Shown: positions 20,801-31,101, counted from the stretch's first letter. The stretch is DNA of 64,000 nucleotides from an uncultured Phycisphaerales bacterium (GCA_963755915.1 CAVWLP010000002.1:2144001-2208000); one strand, 5' to 3'. Numbers and translations are program-made. Notes: a model not told the origin generated them from the letters alone.

Positions 20801-22853
20801 TCCCGTCAACCGCGGGGTTGTCCCCGCCGCCGACCGACCACGTATATTGCGTCTGTGTGCTCGCGATGGTCAGCACCAGCGATCCCGCCGAGCCCGAAGA
20901 ACCCGTCGCGCTGAGCGAATACGTCCGCCCCACGCCGCCGGGAGTGGTGCCCACCACGAAAGAAGTCCCGCTCGTATAATTCAGTAGCGATCCATACGTC
21001 GCCAGCGTATACGTACCCACCGCTAGCTTTGACCCGGTGATGTTCACCGTGTCTGTCCCGCTGGCCAGGTCGAACCCGCCGTTAACGAGCAGTTCGCTTG
21101 CCGTCGCACTCGTTCCGCCTGCGAGGTCAAAGTTAAAATCGGCCCCGTTGTTCGGCGTCGACACCGCGCCGCCGACCGACAGCGTTCCCGCCAGCCCGTC
21201 CCCACCCGGCGCCACGATGCCTCCGCTGTTCACCGTCAGGTTTCCGCTGAGGTACCCGCTGGTGACGATCGGATTGGTGCCGCTCATCGCCGTCTGAAAC
21301 TGCAACTGCCCGCCGCCAGACGACAGCTCGCCCCCGCTGTTGACCGTTACGTTCCCCGATCCCGTTGCGCTTCCCACCGATGACGATACGTTCGCCAGGT
21401 TCAGCGTTCCGCTGTTGATCGTCGTGCCGCCCGAATAAGTATTCGGGCCCGTCAGCGTCAACGTCGCGCCGTGCACGCCGTTATAAATCACGCTGCCGTG
21501 CGCGCTGGTTCCGTCGGTAATCGTCGAAGTCAGGCCGCTTACAGCGCCATACCCAAACGTGTTGTTGCCCGTGGCATTGATCGTCAGCGCCGTCCCGTTG
21601 AGGCTCAGCACCTGCGTGTCCGAACCCGAGCTCAGGCCCACGAAAGAGCTCGCCAGGTTCTGGATGTTCTGTGTCGGATTCAGCAGATCCACCGTTGTCG
21701 TATTCGTGCTGGTCTGTGCAAACGACAGGCTCCCCGACCCCAGCGACGTGGTCGCGGTCGTCTCAACCGTGCCGTTGCCGATCTGGAGACCCCCGCTCCA
21801 ATTGTTGCTCGAATTGTTGAAAATCAGGACACCGCCCCCTTGCTTCTGAAGGCTTGTCGTACCCGAAATCGCTCCCTCCAAGTTGATTGTCCCCGTGGCC
21901 TTCGCCGCCGTGATGACCACAAACCCGGGAGCTGCCGTTCCCGTCGTATTCGTCCCCACCACCAGCGCCGGCAGGAATATGAAGTTTCCCGCGGCGCTGT
22001 TGCGAAGCGCGCCGCTGCTCCCATTCGAGTCTCCCGGCCCAATCCCGCCGCCGTTCAGAAACAACGTCTGCGTCGCCACGCCATAAGTGTTCCCGCCGTC
22101 TAGAAGCAACTGGCTCTGCTCGTTGACCGTGATATTTCCCGTCGTCGGCAGCGCCCCAGCCGTAAATTCGCCGGTTGCCCCCTGAGTGCCGGATGTATTG
22201 CCGATCGTAACGCCACCCGTAAACGAATCGGTGCCCGTGAAGTTGAATACCCCGCCGTATTGGGCGATGTTCCCGCCCCCGAACAAGGTCAACGACGATG
22301 TCCCTGTCCCGTTGCTCACGTTCCCCGACACGTTGAGCTGCTGATTAAAGAATGGCGCCGAGTTGCCGTTCTGATTCCCCTGCGCCGCCACCATCACGTT
22401 GGTCGAATTCTGAAGCGTAATGTTGTCCCCGACGGACAGCGTGTTCTCATTGGCCGTGTTGCTCCCCATCGCCAGCACCACGTTGCTGAACGGCGTTGCC
22501 GTGCCTTCCTGCGAAATGCTCAGCGATTGCCCCACCAGCGTCAGCGCCGAACCGCTGATGCTCAGGGTCCCGTTCGATGAAGTCTCCTCGTCGAGAATCG
22601 CCCCCACGCTTTGCGGACTCGAAACGGTCACCGTGTTGGACGGTGGATTCACATTGAAAAATGCCGTGTCTCCCGAGCCGGGTTGTCCGTTGGGAGTCCA
22701 GTTCGTCGGGGTCGTCCAACTCTGGCTGTTCCCGCTTCCCGTGGTTGACCACGTGTAGGTGGCGCCCATCGCCGGCGACAGAAATGCTCCGCCGAACACA
22801 ACACCGCTCGCCGCCACCCCAAGCATTTTCTTTGTAGACAGTTTCATTGGCAT
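17865..22853 (-). CDS. Large PEP-CTERM protein with autotransporter-associated beta-strand repeats
   Basis: 1662 aa; signal peptide; repeated LTLTGxNTYSGGTTINxGTL; GDANLDG dockerin-like tail; VPEP-TM-RRRRR. Confidence 0.9.
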   Translation of the reverse strand: MPMKLSTKKMLGVAASGVVFGGAFLSPAMGATYTWSTTGSGNSQSWTTPTNWTPNGQPGSGDTAFFNVNPPSNTVTVSSPQSVGAILDEETSSNGTLSISGSALTLVGQSLSISQEGTATPFSNVVLAMGSNTANENTLSVGDNITLQNSTNVMVAAQGNQNGNSAPFFNQQLNVSGNVSNGTGTSSLTLFGGGNIAQYGGVFNFTGTDSFTGGVTIGNTSGTQGATGEFTAGALPTTGNITVNEQSQLLLDGGNTYGVATQTLFLNGGGIGPGDSNGSSGALRNSAAGNFIFLPALVVGTNTTGTAAPGFVVITAAKATGTINLEGAISGTTSLQKQGGGVLIFNNSSNNWSGGLQIGNGTVETTATTSLGSGSLSFAQTSTNTTTVDLLNPTQNIQNLASSFVGLSSGSDTQVLSLNGTALTINATGNNTFGYGAVSGLTSTITDGTSAHGSVIYNGVHGATLTLTGPNTYSGGTTINSGTLNLANVSSSVGSATGSGNVTVNSGGELSSGGGQLQFQTAMSGTNPIVTSGYLSGNLTVNSGGIVAPGGDGLAGTLSVGGAVSTPNNGADFNFDLAGGTSATASELLVNGGFDLASGTDTVNITGSKLAVGTYTLATYGSLLNYTSGTSFVVGTTPGGVGRTYSLSATGSSGSAGSLVLTIASTQTQYTWSVGGGDNPAVDGNGTWQAGSTNFFTTTGTQSFSGQAYNNSSNDPVIIGSGGAGGTITVSGAVTAGGGLIFSNVTQGYTVAGTNTITLSGGIVDSATETNASAVTTTISAPIVLTGSQNFQASANNVLALTGGISDGNNGYTLSVGGDTGTVVLGGTNTYSGGTVINTGVLETSTGSLPSSGGVQINNTSASLVFNQASNGSYSGLISGSGSVAVNSTATVSLTNISNSYSGPTDVEGGVLAINDPGEINSGSGGINMLGGTMQFTSPVTFGTGTESITLNPGTTSTIDTDGNNVTLGFNLTGSGGNLTKIGTGTLTFNNLQPTRTIGVLSVLGGALDLSSNSAFSFTAPSTPGGFTGDLILDGAVGIRLDGGNINGGGSVYINGAAVSITGEGGPTSEIDNTIMLNSNELTSFTTDIGANSGNTLVIGGAITGDGDVDFTGGAGLVMLEGQSTYDGPTPGGGSSTTIDNSSGGEVQLDVNNALPTTTNVHLNNNGYLDVFGVTQTIGSLDSGAAGTLAIVTDNSTNNALLIIDGTKSTNFAGYITDNSDTPSGGGMLAIKLGSTYTGTLNLNSTTNNNYSGGTILNGGTLELGSVGDALLGNAPGGVTFGGGTLLLNSSWSSSRPLTVNPTVPAGGSSTISAAGNPVVLTPTALTWGGGTLNLVDASASSITTSNSTVVSVTAAGSALGVDANTTLSISGPVDPFAVHTTTIVPAADATALINDGTVAITGGSTTNGVEAEPTVSIAGVTGTGTLEIGNGSRQVLQLAAGSGGSTVNSLVINPNATLDITNNHLIINYGAAGESQSTIDSSIYQMLKNGFNGGTWNGVDFGGGSILSTSAQTPTNGFKYGVGWADGSDGLHNVPGLSSGQFEIKYTLLGDANLDGTVNGTDFSILAANFGLGVTNWDQGNFLYSSSVNGSDFSALAANFGQGDSGADATVTPADIAALDAFAVANGLPLPSLAAVPEPASVGLMALGAVGMLARRRRRKQ

Positions 22854-23011
22854 ATTCTCCTGCCCATCCGGGCTAAACTGAAAAGTTACAGATTAAGACC
22901 GATCACCGCCGCCTTTTATGCTGCGGCGTCGATAAGTAACTTACCAACCAACACCGATATTTGAGCTTCGCGCTAATTCATCGTTAGGAACCGTTTGGTC
23001 CCCAAACCCAC

Positions 23012-24061
23012 TTACTGAACGGCGCCGTACGGATTCCAGATCACGTGATTGTCCGGCCGATTCAGGTTTTCAACTGTTCGTGTTAATGGATCCACGATTC
23101 CCTGCACCTGCGTCCACGAAAACCATGCCACGTGCCCATCCGCGAACAGCAGGAATCCTCCGTGACGGTGTCGCGTCGTAAATCGCGTGTTCACCGCCTT
23201 CGGCTGTCCTTCGTTCCCCATGTAGCCCATCGGGCTGATGTTTTGCGGCGAATTGGCTGGACTTGGGTAATAATTGTAAACCTCCGGATACGTGGACCTC
23301 GCATATTCGCCGTAGTCAATGATCTTTTCCGTCATCAGCACCACGTCCGAACCCGGCCTCAATTGCGCCAGCTTCACATGCGTGATGTATTGCCCGCTTA
23401 CGAGCTGCGCAAACAGCTTCGAATTCACCACATAGCACATGTAAAACGGAAACACCGTCTTCGCATAGTGATACGGCGCCGCCGTTCCCCACAGCCCAAA
23501 ATAATTACTCGGGCTTGTCGACGTCGCCGTCGCGCTCGCGTACATCTCCCCCGTCAGCCCCGACTCTCCGTTTGCCGTTCCCGCCAGCGAATCCGGCATA
23601 TTCGCCGCCGGGCAAACCCAGATGCTGTTCACTCCTGACGACGGGAGATTCGTTTTGATCCCGTTCAGATAGTCGCTGATCATGCTGTAATACGATCGAT
23701 TGTTCACCAGCGGCGGAATCGCGTTGTACCACAGGCACGGATCGTCCACCCCCGTCGGGATGTAATTCCCGTTGCTGTCAAACGCCGCCGCATTGGGACT
23801 CGTCCGCCCGATGAAATCCGCCCCGGAGTCATGTCCGTCCGGACCATCCTCCGGCAAAAACCCCTGGTTCGCATCCGCATAAATCTGGAACCCCACCCCA
23901 AATTGCCGCATGTTGCTGGCAGACTGAACTTCCCACGCCGCCTGCCGCGCCTTGTTCAGCGCCGGCAATAGGATGCCCACCAAAATTGCGATAATCCCAA
24001 TGACCACAAGCAGTTCAACGAGCGTGAACCCTGCTTGCCCCCGCTTCGAATTTCGGTTCAT
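23012..24061 (-). CDS. Prepilin-type N-terminal cleavage/methylation protein with H-X9-DG motif
   Basis: GFTLVELLVVIGII...LPALNKAR; RHRHGGFLLFADGHV. Confidence 0.9.
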   Translation of the reverse strand: MNRNSKRGQAGFTLVELLVVIGIIAILVGILLPALNKARQAAWEVQSASNMRQFGVGFQIYADANQGFLPEDGPDGHDSGADFIGRTSPNAAAFDSNGNYIPTGVDDPCLWYNAIPPLVNNRSYYSMISDYLNGIKTNLPSSGVNSIWVCPAANMPDSLAGTANGESGLTGEMYASATATSTSPSNYFGLWGTAAPYHYAKTVFPFYMCYVVNSKLFAQLVSGQYITHVKLAQLRPGSDVVLMTEKIIDYGEYARSTYPEVYNYYPSPANSPQNISPMGYMGNEGQPKAVNTRFTTRHRHGGFLLFADGHVAWFSWTQVQGIVDPLTRTVENLNRPDNHVIWNPYGAVQ

Positions 24062-24179
24062 CGGCTGCCTTCCCGTGCGATTATTCGCCGCTGAGGCTAG
24101 TGGAGGATTGTTTGCAAACGATTAGGGAATTCCTAAGAGAAGATCAGATCGCATCATTTCCGGACCGATTCATTTATGC

Positions 24180-25415
24180 TTAATCTAAGGCCCCTGCAAG
24201 ATCTGCAATCAAATCCCCCAAATCTTCGATACCGACCGACAGCCTCACCAACCCATCGTCAATCCCTATTTCCGCCCGCCGATCCGCTGGAATACTGGCG
24301 TGCGTCATTATTCCGGGATGCTCCACCAGGCTCTCAACACCCCCCAAGCTTTCCGCCAGGGTAAATATCCGGCACCGCTCCAAAAACCGCCGCGCCCTCT
24401 TCAATCCCCCGTCCAAAACCGCGCTCACCATCCCGCCCCCATTTGTCATCTGCCGCTTTGCAAGCTCATGCTGCGGATGGCTCGCCAGCCCCGGATAAAT
24501 CACCCGCTTCACGTCCCCTCTGCCTTCCAGAAATTTCGCGATCTCCAGCGCGCTCCGGCTCGACCGCTCCATCCGCAGCGCCAACGTCTTCACGCCGCAC
24601 AGCGCCAGAAAACAATCGAACGGCCCCAGAATCCCTCCCACCGCGTTCTGCAAAAATCCCAATCGCTCCGCCAGCGGCCCATTATCTCCCACCACTGCCA
24701 ACCCCCCGATCATATCGCTGTGCCCGTTGATGTATTTCGTGATGCTGTGTACCACGATATCAAACCCCAGCCCAAGCGGCCGCTGCACGAAAGGCGTCGC
24801 AAACGTATTGTCCGCCACCGACAAAATCCCATGCTTCTTCGCAATCTTCGCCATCCCCGCCAAATCCGCGATCTTCAGCAGCGGATTGCTCGGCGTCTCC
24901 ACCCACAGCATCTTAGTCTTCGGCCCGATCGCCCGCTCCACCGCCCCCAGATCGCTCGGATCCACATACGAAATCTCCAGCTTCGCGCTCTGCCTCCGCA
25001 CCCGCTCAAACAGCCGAAACGTCCCGCCGTAAAGATCATCCCCCGCTACGATATGCGACCCCGCCTCCAGCAGTTCCAGCACCGTTGCAATCGCCGCCAG
25101 CCCCGATGCAAACGCAAATCCCCACTTCCCATCCTCCAGATCCGCCACGCATCGCTCCAGCGCCCATCGCGTCGGATTGTGGCTCCTCCCATAATCCAAT
25201 CCCTTATGCACCCCCGGCGAATCCTGCTTATACGTGCTGCTCACATAAATCGGCGGCATCACCGCCCCCGTCGCCGGGTCCGGCACCTGCCCCGCATGAA
25301 TCACCCGCGTCCCAAACCCCGCCCGCGGGCCTTCATCCGGCAACACCTCGTTCCGTGGCATTTCACCGCTCGAGGCTGTGTCTCTTGAGGCTGTGCCTCC
25401 TTCGCCTCCACTCAT
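24180..25415 (-). CDS. Cystathionine gamma-lyase/synthase (PLP)
   Basis: YGRSHNPTR, ETPSNP, DNTF, HSITKYINGHSD and ESLGG motifs. Confidence 0.92.
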   Translation of the reverse strand: MSGGEGGTASRDTASSGEMPRNEVLPDEGPRAGFGTRVIHAGQVPDPATGAVMPPIYVSSTYKQDSPGVHKGLDYGRSHNPTRWALERCVADLEDGKWGFAFASGLAAIATVLELLEAGSHIVAGDDLYGGTFRLFERVRRQSAKLEISYVDPSDLGAVERAIGPKTKMLWVETPSNPLLKIADLAGMAKIAKKHGILSVADNTFATPFVQRPLGLGFDIVVHSITKYINGHSDMIGGLAVVGDNGPLAERLGFLQNAVGGILGPFDCFLALCGVKTLALRMERSSRSALEIAKFLEGRGDVKRVIYPGLASHPQHELAKRQMTNGGGMVSAVLDGGLKRARRFLERCRIFTLAESLGGVESLVEHPGIMTHASIPADRRAEIGIDDGLVRLSVGIEDLGDLIADLAGALD

Positions 25416-26785
25416 TTCCGCATCTGCTCCTTCCTCAGAAAATTCAGCACGTCGATCCGCGTAATCATCCCGTGAAACCCCTCCTCATCGCTCACCACCG
25501 CCACCAGCCCCGTATCCAGAATCGCCATCAGCTCCCCCAACCCCGCCCGATGATCGATCGTCCGCACATTCGCCGTCATCACCTCGTGCACCGGCCGCTC
25601 AAACGCCTCCCCTCCCGCCCTCACCGCCAGCAGCAAATCCCCTTCATCCACGATCCCCACCAGCTTCTCCTCCACCATCACCGCAAGCTGCGAAATATCA
25701 TAAAGCCGCATCCGCGCATACGTCACCGCCAACGGATCGTCCGGCCCAACCGCCACCACCGCACCCTCCCGAAACGGCCGGCTGATCATGTCCCGCAAAT
25801 CCCCATGCGCCTGCCTCCCCGACAGCCCCTGGTCCGCCAGCCAGAAATCGTTAAACGCCTTCGATAGATATTTGCTCCCCGTATCACACACAAACGTCAC
25901 CACCGTCTTCCCTTTTTTCTGCTCGCGGCAATACCGCAGCGCCGCCGCCATCAGCGTCCCCGTGCTCGAACCCGCAAAAATCGCCTCCCGCTTCAGCAGC
26001 GTTCGAATCACCTCAAACGCCTCCGCATCCGGAATGCTGTATGCTGTCTTCACCCGGCTCAGATCCGCGATCCCCGGAATAAAATCCTCCCCGATCCCCT
26101 CCACCAGCCATGACCCCGCCGTCCCGATCTTCTTCGTCCGAACATATTCCGCCAGCACCGAACCTACCGGATCCGCCAGCACTATCTCCACATTCGGCGC
26201 CGTTGCCGCAAAAAATCGGCTCAGCCCCGTGATCGTCCCTCCCGATCCCACCCCGCACACCACCGCATCCACCTTCCCCTCCGTCTGCCGCCAGATTTCC
26301 GGACCCGTCGTCATCTCATGCGCCCGCGGATTCGCCGGATTATTAAACTGATTCACATAAAACGCCCCCGGCGTCACCCTGGCAATCCGCTCCGCCAAAT
26401 CCTGGTAATACTGCGGATGACCCTTCCCCACATCCGATCGCGTCATCACGATCGTCACCCCCAGCGCCCGAAGGTGCAGCAGCTTCTCCTGGCTCATCTT
26501 GTCCGGAATCACCAGCGTCAGCCGATACCCCTTGCTCGCCGCCACCAGCGCCAGCCCCAGCCCCGTATTCCCCGCCGTCGCTTCCACCAGCGTCGACCCC
26601 GGCCCGATTTTCCCCTCCTTCTCCGCCGCCTCGATCATCGATCGCCCGATCCGGTCCTTGATCGACCCCCCGGGATTCTGGCTCTCCAGCTTCAGCAGCA
26701 GTGTGCATGCACCCGTATCAAACGCCCGCACCCGCACCATCGGCGTGTTGCCGATCAACTCCAGAACGTCTTCACAAATCGCCAT
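25412..26785 (-). CDS. Cystathionine beta-synthase with C-terminal CBS domains
   Basis: NPGGSIKDR, TAGNTG and GSGGT motifs; CBS pair; paired with the lyase. Confidence 0.92.
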   Translation of the reverse strand: MAICEDVLELIGNTPMVRVRAFDTGACTLLLKLESQNPGGSIKDRIGRSMIEAAEKEGKIGPGSTLVEATAGNTGLGLALVAASKGYRLTLVIPDKMSQEKLLHLRALGVTIVMTRSDVGKGHPQYYQDLAERIARVTPGAFYVNQFNNPANPRAHEMTTGPEIWRQTEGKVDAVVCGVGSGGTITGLSRFFAATAPNVEIVLADPVGSVLAEYVRTKKIGTAGSWLVEGIGEDFIPGIADLSRVKTAYSIPDAEAFEVIRTLLKREAIFAGSSTGTLMAAALRYCREQKKGKTVVTFVCDTGSKYLSKAFNDFWLADQGLSGRQAHGDLRDMISRPFREGAVVAVGPDDPLAVTYARMRLYDISQLAVMVEEKLVGIVDEGDLLLAVRAGGEAFERPVHEVMTANVRTIDHRAGLGELMAILDTGLVAVVSDEEGFHGMITRIDVLNFLRKEQMRK

Positions 26786-26983
26786 AGGCTTCCCTGCCAT
26801 TCCAATCCAATACCACCGACCAATAATAATGGCTTTCCGCCGCAACGTAACCCCCGCGGCCTCAATATTCCCACCCTTTTTCCTTGTCCCGATAGCCCCA
26901 ATTCAGGTATAACAATTCCCCAACTCGAACTGTCAAAATTGACTGTTGCTTTCATCAACGGATTCTCTCCTGGAGGGATTGAG

Positions 26984-28816
26984 ATGTCTCGCGATCTATC
27001 CACCGCTCGAAATCGTCGCCGAATCGCCCTGAACCTTGCCGCCAGCGTCGGCTGCTTCACTCCACGCGGCTGGGGCCAAACCCAGAATTCCCTCTACACC
27101 GGCGCCACCGGCAATTGGAACACTGCCGGCAACTGGACCCCAAATGGTATCCCCAACAACGGCACCAACGGCTTCACCGACTACAACGTCACCGTCGCCT
27201 CCAATACTTCAGTCGACGCCACCCTCAACAGCCCCGTCACCATCGACACCCTCACCGTCAACACCGCCGACACCCTCACCCTCGCAAGCGGCATCACCAT
27301 GACCCTCGAGGGTCCCACCCTGATGAACAGCGGAACCATCGTGATCGACACCCAGGACTCCGACGCCAACCTTGATTTCGCTGGCGACACCACCATCTCC
27401 GGCACCGGCACCATCATGCTCAACGACTTCGCCCCCGACGCCATGATCACCGCCACTAACGGCGCTACCGTCACGCTCACCACCGGCACCATCGACGGCG
27501 TCGGTGATATCGACGCGCCCCTCATCAGCAGCGGTACGATCGACGCCAACTACGGCACTCAACACATCTACATCAATTCGCCTACCCTGACCAACACCGG
27601 CACCATGGAAGCCACCGCCAGCGGCATCCTCGAATTCGAGGACTCCACCTCCGTGACCAATACCAGCGGCCTTATCGCCGCCACCGCCGGAAATGTCATC
27701 CTCACTGGCACTGCCTCCATCACCGGCGGCACCCTCTCCTCCACCGGCTCACACCTCTTCAGCGTTACCGGAACTTCCTCTTTATCCAATGTCACCATCA
27801 CTCCCGGCACACAAGTCACTATTCAATCCAGCGAGTTGCTGAATTATGGCGGCCCAAACCTCATCAACAACGGCACCATTACCATCGACACCCTCCACGG
27901 CGACGCCGATCTCAATTTCACCAGCAACACCACCATCGCCGGCACCGGCACGATGACGCTTAACGACTTCGGCCCCAACGCAAAAATCACCGGAAACGCC
28001 GGCGTCTCCATCATCCAAAACCCCGGCAGCATCATCAATGGCACCGGTGAAATCGACCTCCCCGTCACCAACAACGGCGTCATCGACGCCTCCTACCCCG
28101 CCGCTTACATCAACATCAATGCCCCCGTCACCGGCAACGGCACCCTCGAAGTCGCCGCCGGCTCTGTCCTGAACTTCGGAACCAGCGCCGGCGCCTTCAC
28201 CCAGGGCGCACTCTCCATCGCCTCCACCGGCCAGCTCAACATCGCCAACAACCACCTCTTCATCGACTACGGCAGCGCATCCGATCCCATCTCCACCATC
28301 CTCACTGACCTCAAATCCGGCTACAACAACGGCGCCTGGAATGGCTATGGAATTATCTCCTCATCCGCGCGCACACCTACCAACGGCCTCACCTACAGCG
28401 TCGGCTGGGCCGACGGCAACGACGGCACCGGCAACGTCGCCGGACTCTCCAGCGGCGAAATCGAGCTCAAATACACCCTCCTCGGCGATGCCAACCTCGA
28501 CGGCAACGTCAACGGCTCCGACTTCTCCATCCTTGCCGCCAACTTCGGCCTCGGTGTCACCAACTGGGACCAGGGCAACTTCTTCTTCGGCTCCTCCGTC
28601 AACGGCTCCGACTTCTCCGCCCTCGCCACCAACTTCGGCCAGGGCGACAGCAACGCCTCCGTCACCCCCGCCGACGTCGCCGCCCTCGACGCCTTCGCCG
28701 CCGCCAACGGCCTCCCCGCACCCACGATCGCCGCCGTCCCCGAACCCGCAACACTCGGCCTGCTCGCCCTCGGCAGCGCCGCGACATCGCTGCGCCGCAG
28801 ACGCCCGCCCCGTTAG
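26984..28816 (+). CDS. PEP-CTERM surface protein
   Basis: GGAGG RBS; two internal repeats; dockerin-like tail; VPEP...RRRR. Confidence 0.88.
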   Translation: MSRDLSTARNRRRIALNLAASVGCFTPRGWGQTQNSLYTGATGNWNTAGNWTPNGIPNNGTNGFTDYNVTVASNTSVDATLNSPVTIDTLTVNTADTLTLASGITMTLEGPTLMNSGTIVIDTQDSDANLDFAGDTTISGTGTIMLNDFAPDAMITATNGATVTLTTGTIDGVGDIDAPLISSGTIDANYGTQHIYINSPTLTNTGTMEATASGILEFEDSTSVTNTSGLIAATAGNVILTGTASITGGTLSSTGSHLFSVTGTSSLSNVTITPGTQVTIQSSELLNYGGPNLINNGTITIDTLHGDADLNFTSNTTIAGTGTMTLNDFGPNAKITGNAGVSIIQNPGSIINGTGEIDLPVTNNGVIDASYPAAYININAPVTGNGTLEVAAGSVLNFGTSAGAFTQGALSIASTGQLNIANNHLFIDYGSASDPISTILTDLKSGYNNGAWNGYGIISSSARTPTNGLTYSVGWADGNDGTGNVAGLSSGEIELKYTLLGDANLDGNVNGSDFSILAANFGLGVTNWDQGNFFFGSSVNGSDFSALATNFGQGDSNASVTPADVAALDAFAAANGLPAPTIAAVPEPATLGLLALGSAATSLRRRRPPR

Positions 28817-28935
28817 ATTGTCTCGCGCGCCCGTCAATTTGTCGGAAGCGGCGCCCATAAACTCCGCAAATCCCGCCCCATTTTCAGCAGGCACATCATT
28901 TGTATTCACTCACTCCACTTAACAAGGAGTCATCC

Positions 28936-29115
28936 ATGGGTCGTGAAGACATCGCTGCTGGAAAAATCAAACAGGCGCGCGGAAAAGCCAACGACATCAT
29001 TGGCGCCGCCACCGGAAACACCGCTCGCCAGATCAAGGGCAAAATCCAGAACGCTGCCGGAAAAGTACAGGAGAAGATCGGCAAAGCTTCCCGCGACAGC
29101 TCTCGCTCAAAATGA
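28936..29115 (+). CDS. CsbD-family stress protein
   Basis: AAGGAG RBS; GKIKQARGKANDIIG...KGKIQNAAGKVQEKIG. Confidence 0.88.
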   Translation: MGREDIAAGKIKQARGKANDIIGAATGNTARQIKGKIQNAAGKVQEKIGKASRDSSRSK

Positions 29116-29136
29116 AACCCTTCTAAGGCATCGCCT

Positions 29137-30918
29137 ATGTCAAAACCACTGGATCCGCACATCGTCCTCGTCGCTGATCGGGCGCGCGATCTTTCCCCGC
29201 AATCCCCTGATTCCATGCGCGAAACCATCGAATTCACCCTCTTCGCCCCCTACAACGAAGCCGTCTCACTCATCTCCAGTTGGAACAACTGGCAGCGCCA
29301 GCCCATGACCCGCGGCGACGACGGCTGGTGGCGAATCTCCGCCGATCTCCCCGACGGCGACCACTTCTACAAGTTCGTCGTCAAATCCCGAAGCTATTTC
29401 GCCAAGGACCAGTGGCTCGAAGTCTTCGATCCCTACGGCATGTGGATCACCGACGACGACAAAGAACAAAACCACATCTGGATCAAGGACGGCAAACGCC
29501 AGTGGACCGGCTACCAGTGGCGTCACGACGACAAGCCCCTCCCCACCAACGAACAGCTCGTTATCTACGAGCTGCACGTCGGCGACTTCAGCGGCGGTGG
29601 GGGGGACATCGCCTCCCCGCACGTCCGCGGAAAATTCTCCGGCGTCGTCGAAAAACTCGACTACCTCGCCGACCTCGGCATCAACGCCGTCGAAATCATG
29701 CCCATCAAGGAATTTCCCGGAAAATCCTGGGGCTACAACCTCCGTAGCCTCTTCGCCATCGACAGCAGCTACGGCTCCCCCGCAGATTTCTGCCGACTCG
29801 TCGACGAATGCCACGCCCGCGGAATGCGCGTCATTATCGACGGCGTGTACAACCATGCCGACGCCGACGCGCCTCTCGCCAAGATCGATTACGAATACTG
29901 GTTCTACCGCAACAACCCCGATCCTCCCGAAATGCAGTGGGGCCCCAAGTACAACTACAGCTTTTTCGACGAAAAGCTTAAGGTTTTCCCCGCCCGGAAA
30001 TATGTCATCGATTCCATCCTCTTCTCCCTCGAGCACTACCACTACGACGGCATCCGCTTCGACGCCACCCGCGCCATCAAAGATTTCGACGTCATGCACG
30101 AGTTCACGAAGCAGGCGTTCGACAAGATCGGCGGCCGCAAGCCTTTCTTCACCGTCGCTGAGCACGTCCCTGAAGACCCCGCCATCGTCGGATATCCCAA
30201 AGGCCCCATGGTCGCCGCCTGGCGCGACTCATTCGCCAAAAAGCTCCAGGCGATCGCCACCCAGCACGAGTGCGATGGCGCCGATCCATGGAACCTCGAC
30301 GAGCTGGAGCACCACATGAACCCCGCCGCCAACGGCTACGGCTCCGGCAACCATACCGTCAATTACATTACCATCCACGACCACGAGCGGATCATGAATC
30401 AGCTCGGCACAATCGCCAACACCTTCGGCGAAGCCGCCTTCCGCCGGGTCAAGCTCGCCATGGCGCTGCTGATGACGACGCCCGGCCTGCCGATGATCTG
30501 GATGGGCCAGGAATTCGGCGCCGCCAATCCCAAGACCTGGGACAAGTCCCAGCCCATCTCCTGGGGCCTCCTCGCCAATCAGGACAACAAAGACCTCCAC
30601 GATTACACGGCCAATCTCATTCACCTTCGCCGGGATCAGCCCGCCCTTTGCTCGGACCATTTCGAAGCGATTCTCAAGGACAAGGATCGCGAAATCTTCG
30701 CTTTTAAACGCTGGAACGACGTCGGCGGCATGGTTGTGGTCATCGCCAACCTCAAGGATTCACCCGCCGGCGATGTCACGATCGGCGAAGCCGGCCTCCC
30801 CGACGGCAAATGGCACGATCACAAGGCCAATGCCGATCTGACGGTTGAAAACGGAACGATCAAAACCCAGATCGGTTCCAGCGAAGTGAAAATCTTCATC
30901 AAGCAGCCAGACGCTTAG
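29137..30918 (+). CDS. GH13 alpha-amylase-family enzyme with CBM48 (glycogen/trehalose metabolism)
   Basis: IYELHVGDF, EIMP, WGY, DGVYNH, DGIRFDA, AEH and HD catalytic regions. Confidence 0.88.
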   Translation: MSKPLDPHIVLVADRARDLSPQSPDSMRETIEFTLFAPYNEAVSLISSWNNWQRQPMTRGDDGWWRISADLPDGDHFYKFVVKSRSYFAKDQWLEVFDPYGMWITDDDKEQNHIWIKDGKRQWTGYQWRHDDKPLPTNEQLVIYELHVGDFSGGGGDIASPHVRGKFSGVVEKLDYLADLGINAVEIMPIKEFPGKSWGYNLRSLFAIDSSYGSPADFCRLVDECHARGMRVIIDGVYNHADADAPLAKIDYEYWFYRNNPDPPEMQWGPKYNYSFFDEKLKVFPARKYVIDSILFSLEHYHYDGIRFDATRAIKDFDVMHEFTKQAFDKIGGRKPFFTVAEHVPEDPAIVGYPKGPMVAAWRDSFAKKLQAIATQHECDGADPWNLDELEHHMNPAANGYGSGNHTVNYITIHDHERIMNQLGTIANTFGEAAFRRVKLAMALLMTTPGLPMIWMGQEFGAANPKTWDKSQPISWGLLANQDNKDLHDYTANLIHLRRDQPALCSDHFEAILKDKDREIFAFKRWNDVGGMVVVIANLKDSPAGDVTIGEAGLPDGKWHDHKANADLTVENGTIKTQIGSSEVKIFIKQPDA

Positions 30919-30922
30919 TGAA

Positions 30923-30996
30923 TACCCGCGTCAGGATTCGAACCTGAGACCTCCGGTTTAGGAAACCAGCGCTCTATCCAACTGAGCTACGCGGGC
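30923..30996 (-). tRNA. tRNA-Arg(CCT)
   Basis: Reverse complement gcccgcgtagctcagttggatagagcgctggtttCCTaaaccggaggtctcaggttcgaatcctgacgcgggta folds as a cloverleaf. Confidence 0.95.
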
Positions 30997-31101
30997 CCGT
31001 TCGTTCAGAACCCTATCGTCGTGCGCTGGGGCTATCAAGAAGGACCTGTTTCGGCAGATTGCGCGCCACCGAGCTCTCAAAAAATTTCTGGGGCCTGAGC
31101 A

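Noticed and set aside
26318-26983. N-terminal extension of the 832-aa ORF
   Set aside because: Antisense to cbs; the RBS supports ATG 26984
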